Source: Myxococcales bacterium
GTDB lineage: Bacteria; Myxococcota; Myxococcia; Myxococcales; Anaeromyxobacteraceae
Direction: 5' to 3'
Length of the DNA: 30,912 bases
NCBI GenBank assembly: GCA_038320275.1
Contig: JBBQEB010000024.1
Coordinates: 1 to 30,912, forward strand
Positions 16,382-24,091 of this stretch are shown one piece after another. Every line of letters starts with the position of its first letter. Within the stretch, counting starts at the first letter, position 1. Position numbers and translations under genes: made by a program. A model generated the notes under the pieces. The model saw only the letters and a program-made list of their open reading frames with translations. It searched no databases and was not told where the DNA came from.

Positions 16382-18094
16382 TTGCGCCCCCACAGACTTG
16401 CGCCGCGCCGACGCTTGCGTCAGGGATCCGCCGCGAAATGCTCCCCTCCTGGCGCGAGGCGGAACCGGCCGGGTGGCTCGCCCTGCCCGCTCACCGCCCT
16501 GGCGTACCTCCCCGCGCTGCAGGCCGGGCTGGTGTTCGACGACCACGCCCTCCTCGAGGGCTCCACCTTCCTGCGCGGCACGCTGGGCGCCATCTGGCGG
16601 GGCGCCGGCACCCCCGACTACGGGCCGCTCACCTGGTCCAGCCTCTGGCTCGACCTCCGGCTCCTGGGCGGCGAGCCCGCGGCGCTCCATGCGGTGAACC
16701 TCTGCCTGCATGCCCTGACGGCGCTCCTCATTTGGCGCGTGCTGCGCGCGCTGGAGGTCCCCTGGAGCTGGCTCGGCGCGGCGCTCTTCGCGGTGCACCC
16801 GGTGGCGGTGGACTCGGTGGCCTGGATCTCCGAGCGGAAGAACGTGCTCTCGGGGGCGCTCTGCGCCGGCTCGGTGCTGCTCTGGGTGCGGTACGACGCG
16901 CGGGGGCGGGCGCGCGACCTCGCCGGCGCCATCGCCCTCTTCGCGCTCGCGCTCCTCGCCAAGACCTCCATCGTGGCGATGCCGGTGGTGCTGCTCGGGA
17001 TCGTGCTCTGGCGGCGGGGCGGCGTCCCCCGCTCCCGCTGGCTCGCTTCCCTCCCCTTCTTCGGCCTCTCCGCGGTGGCGGGCGTCGTCACCATGTGGTT
17101 CCAGTGGACCCGCGCCATCGAGGACCACCTCCTCCGGCCGCGGGGCCTCGCCGAGCGCCTCGGCGGCGCCGGCTGGGCGCTCACGTCCTATCTCGAGCGC
17201 GCCTTTCTGCCGGTGCGGGTGGGCTTCGTCTATGCGGACTGGCCGGTGGGCCCGCGCTCGGCCCTCTTCTGGGCACCGCTCCTGGTTGTCCTCCTCTCGG
17301 CGGCGCTCGTCGTAAGATTTCGGAGGGGCTGGGGCGGCCCGGTCCTCCTCGCGCTCGCCTACCACGCGCTGCTCGTCGCGCCGGTGCTGGGCCTCCTCGA
17401 CATGGCGTACTTCGGGGTGGGCCCGGTGGCGAACCACCTCCAGTACCTGGCGCTGGTGGGACCTTCGGCCCTGGTGGCGGCCGGCCTGGCCCAGCTCGGG
17501 CGGCGACGCAGGGCGTGGGCCGTGGCCGCGGGCGCCGCCCTGATCGGCCTCCTCCTGTCCACGAGCTTCCGCCGCGCGGCCTCCTTCGAGAGCGACTTCA
17601 CCCTCTGGCAAACGGCAGCGCGGGGCGCGCCGGACAACCTCTTCGCGGTCTGGATGTACGCGGATGCGCTCGGAGAGGCCGGCCGGGGCGCGGAGGCGCT
17701 GGCGGAGCTCGACCGCGCCGGGCGGGAGGCCCGCGACGAGCACGTCCGGCTGCGCGCGCGGGGGCTCGCCGCCGCGCATCAGGGCGACGCGGCCGCGGCG
17801 CTCGAGGAGGCGAGGTGGGCGGATGCGCTGCGCCCCGACGCGGAGTACGCGCTCGAGCTGGGGCGGCTGCTGGCGCGGTCGGGGCATGCCGCCGAGGCCG
17901 CGGAGGTTTTGCGTCCGCTGGTGGCGGCCGCGCCCGGCAACGCGAGCTTTCGCTACTGGCTGGCAGTCGCGACGGCGCGCCAGGGGCGGCGCGAGGAGGC
18001 GCTGGAGCTCCTGCCGGAGAACCTCCGGCGGGTGCCGGCGGACGATCGGAGCCGAAAGGCCCTGGAGCTGCTCGCGCCGGGGCCGCCGCGATAG
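16382..18094 (+). CDS. TMTC-like GT-C membrane glycosyltransferase with C-terminal TPR repeats (5' end possibly frameshifted)
   Basis: Y.PAL..GLVFDD, YGPLT, LHAVNL.LH, ALFAVHPVAVDSVAWISER.NVL, LALLAK and YLALVG, many TM helices, then Ala-rich TPRs. A plausible ATG at 16438 is out of frame. Confidence 0.8.
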   Translation: MRPHRLAPRRRLRQGSAAKCSPPGARRNRPGGSPCPLTALAYLPALQAGLVFDDHALLEGSTFLRGTLGAIWRGAGTPDYGPLTWSSLWLDLRLLGGEPAALHAVNLCLHALTALLIWRVLRALEVPWSWLGAALFAVHPVAVDSVAWISERKNVLSGALCAGSVLLWVRYDARGRARDLAGAIALFALALLAKTSIVAMPVVLLGIVLWRRGGVPRSRWLASLPFFGLSAVAGVVTMWFQWTRAIEDHLLRPRGLAERLGGAGWALTSYLERAFLPVRVGFVYADWPVGPRSALFWAPLLVVLLSAALVVRFRRGWGGPVLLALAYHALLVAPVLGLLDMAYFGVGPVANHLQYLALVGPSALVAAGLAQLGRRRRAWAVAAGAALIGLLLSTSFRRAASFESDFTLWQTAARGAPDNLFAVWMYADALGEAGRGAEALAELDRAGREARDEHVRLRARGLAAAHQGDAAAALEEARWADALRPDAEYALELGRLLARSGHAAEAAEVLRPLVAAAPGNASFRYWLAVATARQGRREEALELLPENLRRVPADDRSRKALELLAPGPPR

Positions 18095-18207
18095 ATGGAC
18101 ACCCGGCCCCCGCGTCGTGTCGACCTGTGTGTCGCGCTCCGACAACAGTCTGGTATCGTCCGGCGCACCCGAGCCTGCCCCACCCCGCTCACCCCGGAGA
18201 CGCTTCC

Positions 18208-18639
18208 ATGATCCGCGGCATCGCCCTCGCCATCGCGCTCCTTCTCGCCGGCCCGGCGGTGGCTCAGGAGGCAACGACGGGCTCCCAGGCCAAGTCACCC
18301 GTTGCCAAATCCGGCGCAAAGAAAGCTTCGAAGGCGGCCAAGAAGGGCGGCGCGGCGGCGGGTCAGCCCGGCCCGGCCGGAGCGAAGAGCGGCCCGCCCA
18401 ACAAGGAGCTGCGCCAGGCGAAGGTGTCGCTCCGTGCCGCCGCCGGTGCCTGCTCGCGCCCTGGCGACTGCGACGAGACCTCCAAGCGCGCCGACCGCGA
18501 GTCCCTGGGCCTCCTGCGGAGCGCGGAGGAGAACTTCATGACCGTCTGCCTCTCCTGCTCGACGCAGGAGAAGTGCGACCAGGAGCGGAAGCGGATGGTG
18601 GACGGAAAGACGAGCCTGGGCAACGCGCCCTGTCCTTGA
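18208..18639 (+). CDS. Small secreted hypothetical protein with Lys/Ala-rich linker and 6-Cys domain
   Basis: GGAG RBS, signal peptide MIRGIALAIALLLAGPAVA-Q, host-like codon usage. Confidence 0.75.
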   Translation: MIRGIALAIALLLAGPAVAQEATTGSQAKSPVAKSGAKKASKAAKKGGAAAGQPGPAGAKSGPPNKELRQAKVSLRAAAGACSRPGDCDETSKRADRESLGLLRSAEENFMTVCLSCSTQEKCDQERKRMVDGKTSLGNAPCP

Positions 18640-18713
18640 ACGACGGGGCCCGATCTCGAGCCATCGCGTGACAGACGCGGCAGAGCGGCGTCGGGTGAAG
18701 TACCGGTTGGATG

Positions 18714-19473
18714 CTAGAGCTGCTCGGAGAACGCGCCGTCCGGCGCGGCCGCGAGCACCTCGATACGGCTGAGCACCGTCGCGCCGGTGTGCTGCCCTCG
18801 GGCCCAGTTCTCCTCCCGGAAGGGGAACAGGACTCCCCCGACGCGCCGGAAGTCGGCGTACTCGGTCGCGAACTCGATGCGCGTGCCGCCGGGGCCGGGC
18901 ATTGCCCCTTCGGAGCGCAGAACGAGCCCAGTACTCGGGTCGATCTCCGTGACCACCTGGATACCCTTCTCGACGGCAAGCCCGAGGGCGCGCAGGCTCT
19001 TCCCTCCGCGCTCCACCGTTCCGAGGTCCACCACCTGGGCGCCTTCCTCGGCCAAGGAGAGCGGCAGAGCCATGCGCGCGGCCTGGAGCACCATCGCCGC
19101 ATGCATGGGTGTCCCGGTCACTTCCCGGCCGTCGCGATCGCCGTAGCCGCCCTGGCCGACACGGCCTCCGGAGACGACGCGCACCTCCGGCGCGTGGCCG
19201 GGGTAGGCGATCTCGACCCGCAGGCTGCCGGGCCGCTGGTAGAGGCGCAGGAGGTGCCCCGCGCTCCCGCGCAGGCTGGAGGTGACCGTCCCCTCCTGGC
19301 GGACGGCTCGGGCCCGCTGCAGCGCCTCGCGGCCACCGTAGGCCTGGAGCACCTTCGCGACGAGGGGGGCGAGGGACGCAGGCGCGGCCTCGGCCGCAGT
19401 GGCGACCGAGGCGGCGGGCGCGGCGGCTGCAAGCAGCACGGAGAACGACGGCCGTCGAGAGGAGGGCGCGCAT
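18714..19473 (-). CDS. LolA-like fold periplasmic protein; signal peptide apparently frameshifted
   Basis: VLQAYGG.EAL, LRVEI, EIDPSTGLVLR and EYADFRRVGGVLFPF are typical of outer-membrane lipoprotein-sorting-like proteins. ATG 19473 is out of frame with the body. Confidence 0.7.
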
Positions 19474-19523
19474 GGGGAGGCGCAGTGTCCTCCGACACGC
19501 CCCGTGACGGCAAAGCGAACCAC
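19453..19523. repeat. Degenerate direct repeat, copy A
   Basis: Aligns by hand with 20975-21045 at roughly three quarters identity (cgtcgag..cgcgca..gcgca..ccga..cgccc..ggcaaagc.aaccac). Confidence 0.6.
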
Positions 19524-19648
19524 CGGCTGCGGGGCCGGCCGCGACCGCCCTCCCCTTCCCCAGGCGACAACAGCGAGGAGCGCGGGTGGCCGGCCGGCGT
19601 GCCCGTCGGTCGCGCGCCTCGTTCGAGCGCATTACGAGGCGCCCTCGT

Positions 19649-20026
19649 TCAGCCGAAGTCCGCGGCCCGGCCCTCGCCGAGCAGCACGTCCGCGGGGATC
19701 CCGAGCTGGTCCCGAAGGCGGCGGACCATGTCGAGCGTCAGGCGGCGCTTCCGTGACAGCACCTCCGACACGCGCGCGCGCGAGCCGATGGCGGGCTCGA
19801 GCGCCTTGCGGCTCAGGCCGAGCTGCTCCATGCGGAACCGGATCGCCTCCACGGGATCGGGCGGGTAGATGGGCTGGTGCCCCTGCTCGTAGTCCTCGAC
19901 CAGCGTCGCGAGCACCTCCAGGAGATCGTGCTCGGGGGTTCGCGGAGCGGCCTCCCACAGCCGCTCTATCTCCTTCAGCGCCGCACGGTGCTGCGCCTCG
20001 CTCCGGATGGGCTTCACGCAATTCAT
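19649..20026 (-). CDS. higA: HigA antitoxin (HTH)
   Basis: KPIRSEAQH.AAL.EI..L, LEVLATLVEDYE, PDPVEAIRFRMEQ.GL, IGSRARVSEVL..KRRLTL.M.R.L...LGIPADVL. Confidence 0.93.
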   Translation of the reverse strand: MNCVKPIRSEAQHRAALKEIERLWEAAPRTPEHDLLEVLATLVEDYEQGHQPIYPPDPVEAIRFRMEQLGLSRKALEPAIGSRARVSEVLSRKRRLTLDMVRRLRDQLGIPADVLLGEGRAADFG

Positions 20027-20028
20027 CC

Positions 20029-20328
20029 CTACACCTCCTCCGCATCGACGGCGTCGTACTGTTCGTGGGTGCCGACGAACCGGATGAACAGGATCTGCGC
20101 GCTGTACTTCACCGCTACGACCAGTCTGTACTTGTTGCCTGCCACGTTGAAGACCACCCGGTTGCCACCCAAGAAGCTCACGTTTCGGTGAGCCTCCTTG
20201 ATGTCGGCGGGAGCGCGCCACTCGGCTCGCTTCGCTTCTGCGTACCACGCGCGGAGCGGCTGCTCGGCGTCGGCATGGCGCCTCTCCTCCCAGAACTCCT
20301 GCAGCGTTCGCCGCGAGATGACTCTCAC
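20029..20328 (-). CDS. higB: HigB toxin (RelE superfamily mRNA interferase)
   Basis: MRVISRRTL.EFW, L.AWY, RVVFNVAGNKYRLVV..., FIRFVGTHEQYD. Lies directly upstream of higA. Confidence 0.93.
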   Translation of the reverse strand: MRVISRRTLQEFWEERRHADAEQPLRAWYAEAKRAEWRAPADIKEAHRNVSFLGGNRVVFNVAGNKYRLVVAVKYSAQILFIRFVGTHEQYDAVDAEEV

Positions 20329-20337
20329 CCGCGCCGG

Positions 20338-20366
20338 ATCGTATTCCGATCCCATGCTGGGAGCAA
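20338..20366 (-). promoter_or_regulatory. sigma70 promoter with palindromic operator of higBA
   Basis: TTGCTC-N17-TACGAT on the minus strand. Palindrome TCCCA-N3-TGGGA at 20350-20362 lies in the spacer and overlaps the -35 box. Confidence 0.7.
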
Positions 20367-20459
20367 GGGGCCGACGCCACTCGGCGCTGATCGAGTGTGG
20401 GGTCCGGGTGCGCCGCCACCGCTTGAAGACACCGCCGTAAACGAGGTCGTGGCCGCGCG

Positions 20460-20801
20460 TCAGCCACGTTTGCGGGCGGCCTCGGCTGCGGCCTCTCCGA
20501 TGCGAAGCGGTGTCGCGCCGAACGCCGCCTTCATCCCCGTGCGTGCCGCGGGGGTCTGCATCTTCGCGAGGAGCGCGTCGAGCTCCCCCGCCAGCGCGGC
20601 GAGCTTCCCGTCGCGCGCGCGGGAGAGGTCGCTGAACTCGTCGAAGGAGAGCATCACGGCCTCGGGCTCCTGGTGGCGCGTGATGATGACGATGCCTCCT
20701 CGCGTGACCTGCCGGAGCACGCGGCCGAACTCGTTCTTGGCCTCCGTCGCCGTGACGGAGGCGGCCTCGACCTCTTCCCCGCGGCGATCCCGATGGAGCA
20801 C
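20460..20801 (-). CDS. Phd/YefM-family antitoxin with no intact cognate toxin
   Basis: SVTATEAKNEFGRVL.....G..VIITRH.EPEAVMLSFDEF. Start uncertain: GTG 20801 and 20897 are in frame, while ATG 20875 with a strong GGAGGTG RBS is out of frame. Confidence 0.85.
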   Translation of the reverse strand: MLHRDRRGEEVEAASVTATEAKNEFGRVLRQVTRGGIVIITRHQEPEAVMLSFDEFSDLSRARDGKLAALAGELDALLAKMQTPAARTGMKAAFGATPLRIGEAAAEAARKRG

Positions 20802-20974
20802 TCGCGCCGGGCGTGCACCGCCCCGCTTGCGCTCGGGCGGAAGGTGCGTGGGTTCGCTCGGTTCGTCGGGCCCATGTTCGTCACCTCCCGTCGGCACCGA
20901 TGATAGCTATTTTGGCTGGTCGTGGCCATTCGCGTCCCGCCCCCGGCGACCGCCCGTCCCTCGCGAGCCAGCGA

Positions 20975-21045
20975 CGTCGAGGGGAGCGCGCACCGGGAAG
21001 GCGCAACGCCACCCGATGCGCCCTCTGGCGGGCAAAGCCAACCAC
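20975..21045. repeat. Degenerate direct repeat, copy B
   Basis: Aligns with copy A at 19453-19523. Confidence 0.6.
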
Positions 21046-21111
21046 TGCGCGCGGGCGCGCCTGGGCCGCGCATTCAGCGGCAGCGAGATGGATGCGATCT
21101 TCTGCTGGCCG

Positions 21112-21876
21112 TCAGTCCATCGCGTGGCAGGCGAGGCACAGCGGCGTCGGGCTCACCGCCGCGCCGCGGGGCATGGGCTGCGTGGCGGGGCGCAGGAGCC
21201 GCGCCGGCAGGCTGGCGCCCTCGAAGCTGGCGTGGTCGGCGAGAGACACCGGCGGCTTGGCCGGCGCGCCGGGGGGCAGCGCCAGCTTGTACATCCAGTC
21301 GGAGCGGGCGTCGTGGCAGGTGGCGCAGCGCACCTTGCCGTCGGGCAGGAAGACGCCGCGCTTCACCACCTCGGCCTCGGGGCGCAGCGACGAGCCGGGC
21401 TTCGCCTGGCTGGCCGCGAAGTCGACGTCCACCGGGTGCGTCCGGTTGAGGTGCGCTCCCGCGCCGTGGCCGCCGTGGCAGGCGAGGCAGTCCTGCGACG
21501 GCGCGGTTGCGGCTTGCGCAGTGTAAAGGAGGCATCCGCCCTGGGCGGCGCTCGGGGCGGCATCCGATGATCCCCTGGCGGCGGGCGAGACACGCGCGGC
21601 AGAGGTCTCCAGCGGGGCTCCGCGGGCCGCGGCTGCCTCGTCGGTCTCGAGCTGGCGATCGAGCTGCTCGCGGTAGCGAAGGAAAGCGTCGCGATCCACC
21701 GGGAGGGCACCGGCGGGTGCGCTGGCCGACGCGAGCCGCTGTCCCCCGAGGATCCGCCGCGGGGTCACGGAGGAGGGCCCGAGTCCACCCTGGTGGGCCG
21801 GCTCCGCGCGCACGCTGCCGCTTAGCATGAGAAGAGCCACCGCGATGATCCCGACGCCAACCCGACCTGGTCTCAT
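21112..21876 (-). CDS. Secreted triheme cytochrome c (doubled-CxxCH family)
   Basis: Signal peptide ending VRA, then CLACH, THPVDVD, GKVRCATCHD and terminal LCLACH. Confidence 0.85.
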   Translation of the reverse strand: MRPGRVGVGIIAVALLMLSGSVRAEPAHQGGLGPSSVTPRRILGGQRLASASAPAGALPVDRDAFLRYREQLDRQLETDEAAAARGAPLETSAARVSPAARGSSDAAPSAAQGGCLLYTAQAATAPSQDCLACHGGHGAGAHLNRTHPVDVDFAASQAKPGSSLRPEAEVVKRGVFLPDGKVRCATCHDARSDWMYKLALPPGAPAKPPVSLADHASFEGASLPARLLRPATQPMPRGAAVSPTPLCLACHAMD

Positions 21877-21923
21877 GTGAGCCGCCCGTCCCCTCGCCGC
21901 AGCGCGCGTGCGATGGGGCGTAG

Positions 21924-21975
21924 GGCAAGCTCCGCGCCGCCCACTGGCAAAAAATACTGGTGCGATTTCAAATAC
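21924..21975 (-). promoter_or_regulatory. Putative sigma54 promoter with upstream AT-rich IHF-like site
   Basis: Minus strand cGGCGCGgagcTTGCc (21939-21924, N10 spacing) and an adjacent A-tract/tttcaaatacttc patch at 21948-21978. Confidence 0.55.
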
Positions 21976-22253
21976 TTCCTCCACGTCACCTGACCATGGC
22001 AGGGTCGCGCCGACCGCCCGCGGCGGGGAGGCCTGGGAGCGCAAGCTCCTGTCCACTCGGCACTTTCTGCCCTGCAGCTCTTGCCCACCGGCCCTTGCCT
22101 CATGAGTGCGGGGGACCCGGGCGGGGAGGCGCCGCGTCATGGACTGGATTCCTCCATGAAGCAAAGGTCGGCACCCCGAGGGGCCGGGTCAAGACGGAGG
22201 CGGTGCGCGTGCCTGCGTCCGGGTGACGGCGGGGCGAGCAGCGAGGAGGGCGA

Positions 22254-22300
22254 ATCTTGACGAACTTGCCCTTGCGCTCCGACGTCGAATTCGTCAAGAT
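22254..22300. promoter_or_regulatory. Operator inverted repeat of the Xre-RES module
   Basis: Perfect 11-bp inverted repeat atcttgacgaa (22254-22264) / ttcgtcaagat (22290-22300) just before the antitoxin start. Confidence 0.65.
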
Positions 22301-22307
22301 GACGAGC

Positions 22308-22943
22308 ATGAAGCCCCGCCCTCACTCCAGGACCGTCGAGGTCGCGCGCGCTCCTGCGCGCCGGGATGGCGCCCGTAGCCTGCTCTTGGGCGAGGCGGTC
22401 GCTGCCTTCGGTGAAGTCGCCCGGGCGCTGGAAACCGCCGAGGTGGAGGACCTCGCGCGCCAGCTCGGCGAGGACGGCTCCTCCCCGGTGGAGACCGTTC
22501 TGCGGGTGCTCGAGCATCCGGCCGCGCTGGGCACGGTACGAGGCGATCCCCTGGCCCGGGCGCGCATGCGTGGGATCCGCGCGAGGGAGGAGCTTCTTGG
22601 GACGGAGGGCGGTCCGGTCTCGGCGGCGGAGCTCGCGGAGGTGGTCCGCGTCTCACGCCAGACGGTGGATGCCTGGCGGAAAGCGGGGCGCGTGCTGGCG
22701 CTGGAGCGCGGCCGGCGCGGGTTCTTCTATCCCGGCTGGCAAGCCCACCAGGGCCGGCTCCTGCCCGGGCTCACCGAGGTGCTGCGGACGTTGGAGCCGT
22801 CGGACTTCTGGGGCAAGCTGAGCTTCATTTTGAGCCCAGACCCCCGCCTCGGCGACGAACGCCCTCTCGACCTGCTCCGCCGCGGCGAGGCGGCCCGCGT
22901 CCGCGAGCTCGCCGCCGTGCACGGCGAGCACGGCGCGCTCTAG
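22308..22943 (+). CDS. Xre/MbcA/ParS-like antitoxin with HTH
   Basis: HTH VSAAELAEVVRVSRQTVDAWRK.GRVLAL, YPGWQ, and C-terminal LSPDPRLGDERPLDLLRRG. Precedes a RES gene. Alternative starts 22299 and 22257. Confidence 0.85.
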   Translation: MKPRPHSRTVEVARAPARRDGARSLLLGEAVAAFGEVARALETAEVEDLARQLGEDGSSPVETVLRVLEHPAALGTVRGDPLARARMRGIRAREELLGTEGGPVSAAELAEVVRVSRQTVDAWRKAGRVLALERGRRGFFYPGWQAHQGRLLPGLTEVLRTLEPSDFWGKLSFILSPDPRLGDERPLDLLRRGEAARVRELAAVHGEHGAL

Positions 22944-22946
22944 CGC

Positions 22947-23549
22947 GTGGTCAGGGCCCCTCCTCTCTCTCCGCCGCCGGCGGACCTGGCGGCGGCGAGC
23001 CTGCCGCTCGCGACGGTCACCGGACCCTGGCTGCGCATTCACCTCGCCACGCGCGGCGCGCTCCACTGGGGAAGGTCGCGGCAGTTCCGCTTCGACGCCC
23101 CGGACGCCGGGTACGGGGTCCTCTATGCCGGTGGGGACGACACCTGCGCCTTCGTGGAGACCTTCCTTCGCGTGCCCGGAGGCTCGGGTTGGGTGAGCCG
23201 GGTGGACCTGGGGGCGCGGAGCCTGTCCCGGCTTCGCGCCCGGCGTCCGCTCCAGCTCGTCGACCTCACCGGGCACGAGCTCGCCCGGCTCCGGCTCGAC
23301 GCCAACATCTTCGCCACCCGCGAGTACGCGCTCACGCAGGCATGGTCCCAGGCCTTCTTTGGTCACCCCGCGCGGCCCGACGGGCTCATCTTCCACTCCC
23401 GCCACGACCCCGACCTGCGCTCGGTCGCGCTGTTCGACCGGATCGAGCCCCTCATCGTGGCGGAGCGGGTCCACGCCTCGCTGCTGGACGCGGCTTTCGC
23501 GCCGCGGCTGGGAGGGATCCTGGACCGCTACGGGGTGGCGCTGCTGTGA
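22947..23549 (+). CDS. RES-domain toxin (NAD+ phosphorylase / ADP-ribosyltransferase family)
   Basis: R-E-S signature: RFDAP..YGVLYA, AFVETF, DGLIFHSRHDP...VALFDR. Confidence 0.9.
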   Translation: MVRAPPLSPPPADLAAASLPLATVTGPWLRIHLATRGALHWGRSRQFRFDAPDAGYGVLYAGGDDTCAFVETFLRVPGGSGWVSRVDLGARSLSRLRARRPLQLVDLTGHELARLRLDANIFATREYALTQAWSQAFFGHPARPDGLIFHSRHDPDLRSVALFDRIEPLIVAERVHASLLDAAFAPRLGGILDRYGVALL

Positions 23550-23618
23550 GGGAGACTCCGGACGACTGCCATCGCCGTCCTGTTCCCGCGGCGATGCGTC
23601 ACGGGGGTCCGCGCGCCA

Positions 23619-24091
23619 TCAGGGATCGCTGAGCGCCGCCGGCCCCACGATCTTTCCAGACGCGACATCGTTGTCGTTCCGCAACGGGTGACCACCAAGC
23701 TGCGCACGCAAGTGCCTCACGTTGACCCGTTCCCACGGGCCGTCCCCACGCTTTCCGCTCTCGATCAGGACCGTGTAGACGCCGGGCTGGGCGAGCTTGA
23801 TTCCTTGGATCATGCACATCGACCGGGGCGCCTCACCTCACCCTCTCCGGACAGTTCTGTCACTGCCCGTGCGAGCTCGTGGCCCTCGCCATCGACGACC
23901 GTAATGCGCTCCCAATATCGATCCCGGCCGTCGTCGATCTCGTAAAGGTTCACGACGACGAGCTTTGCGAGCACCGCGGGGAAAGTTGGAGCGAGCACGC
24001 TCTCCAGCATGTTGAAGACCGACAGGCGGCCGGTCATACCGTCGAGCGAAACCCCTTCCGCAAGCAAGGTGGCGACATTCCGAAATGGCAT
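23619..24091 (-). pseudogene. Frameshifted all-beta protein (DUF6941-like), third gene of the MqsA-like operon
   Basis: Removing one copy of the duplicated cctca (23831-23840) joins ...D.MTGRLSVFNML...FPA... to ...QGIKLAQPGVYTVLI.... Its ATG overlaps the upstream TGA. Confidence 0.7.

Noticed and set aside
18547..18561. CLSC as a heme-binding site
   Set aside because: It is followed by Ser, not His, so it is more likely a disulfide or metal site.
19453..21045. Integron cassette array or IS element carrying the TA genes
   Set aside because: No integrase or transposase, no recognisable attC RYYYAAC/GTTRRRY ends and no terminal inverted repeats.
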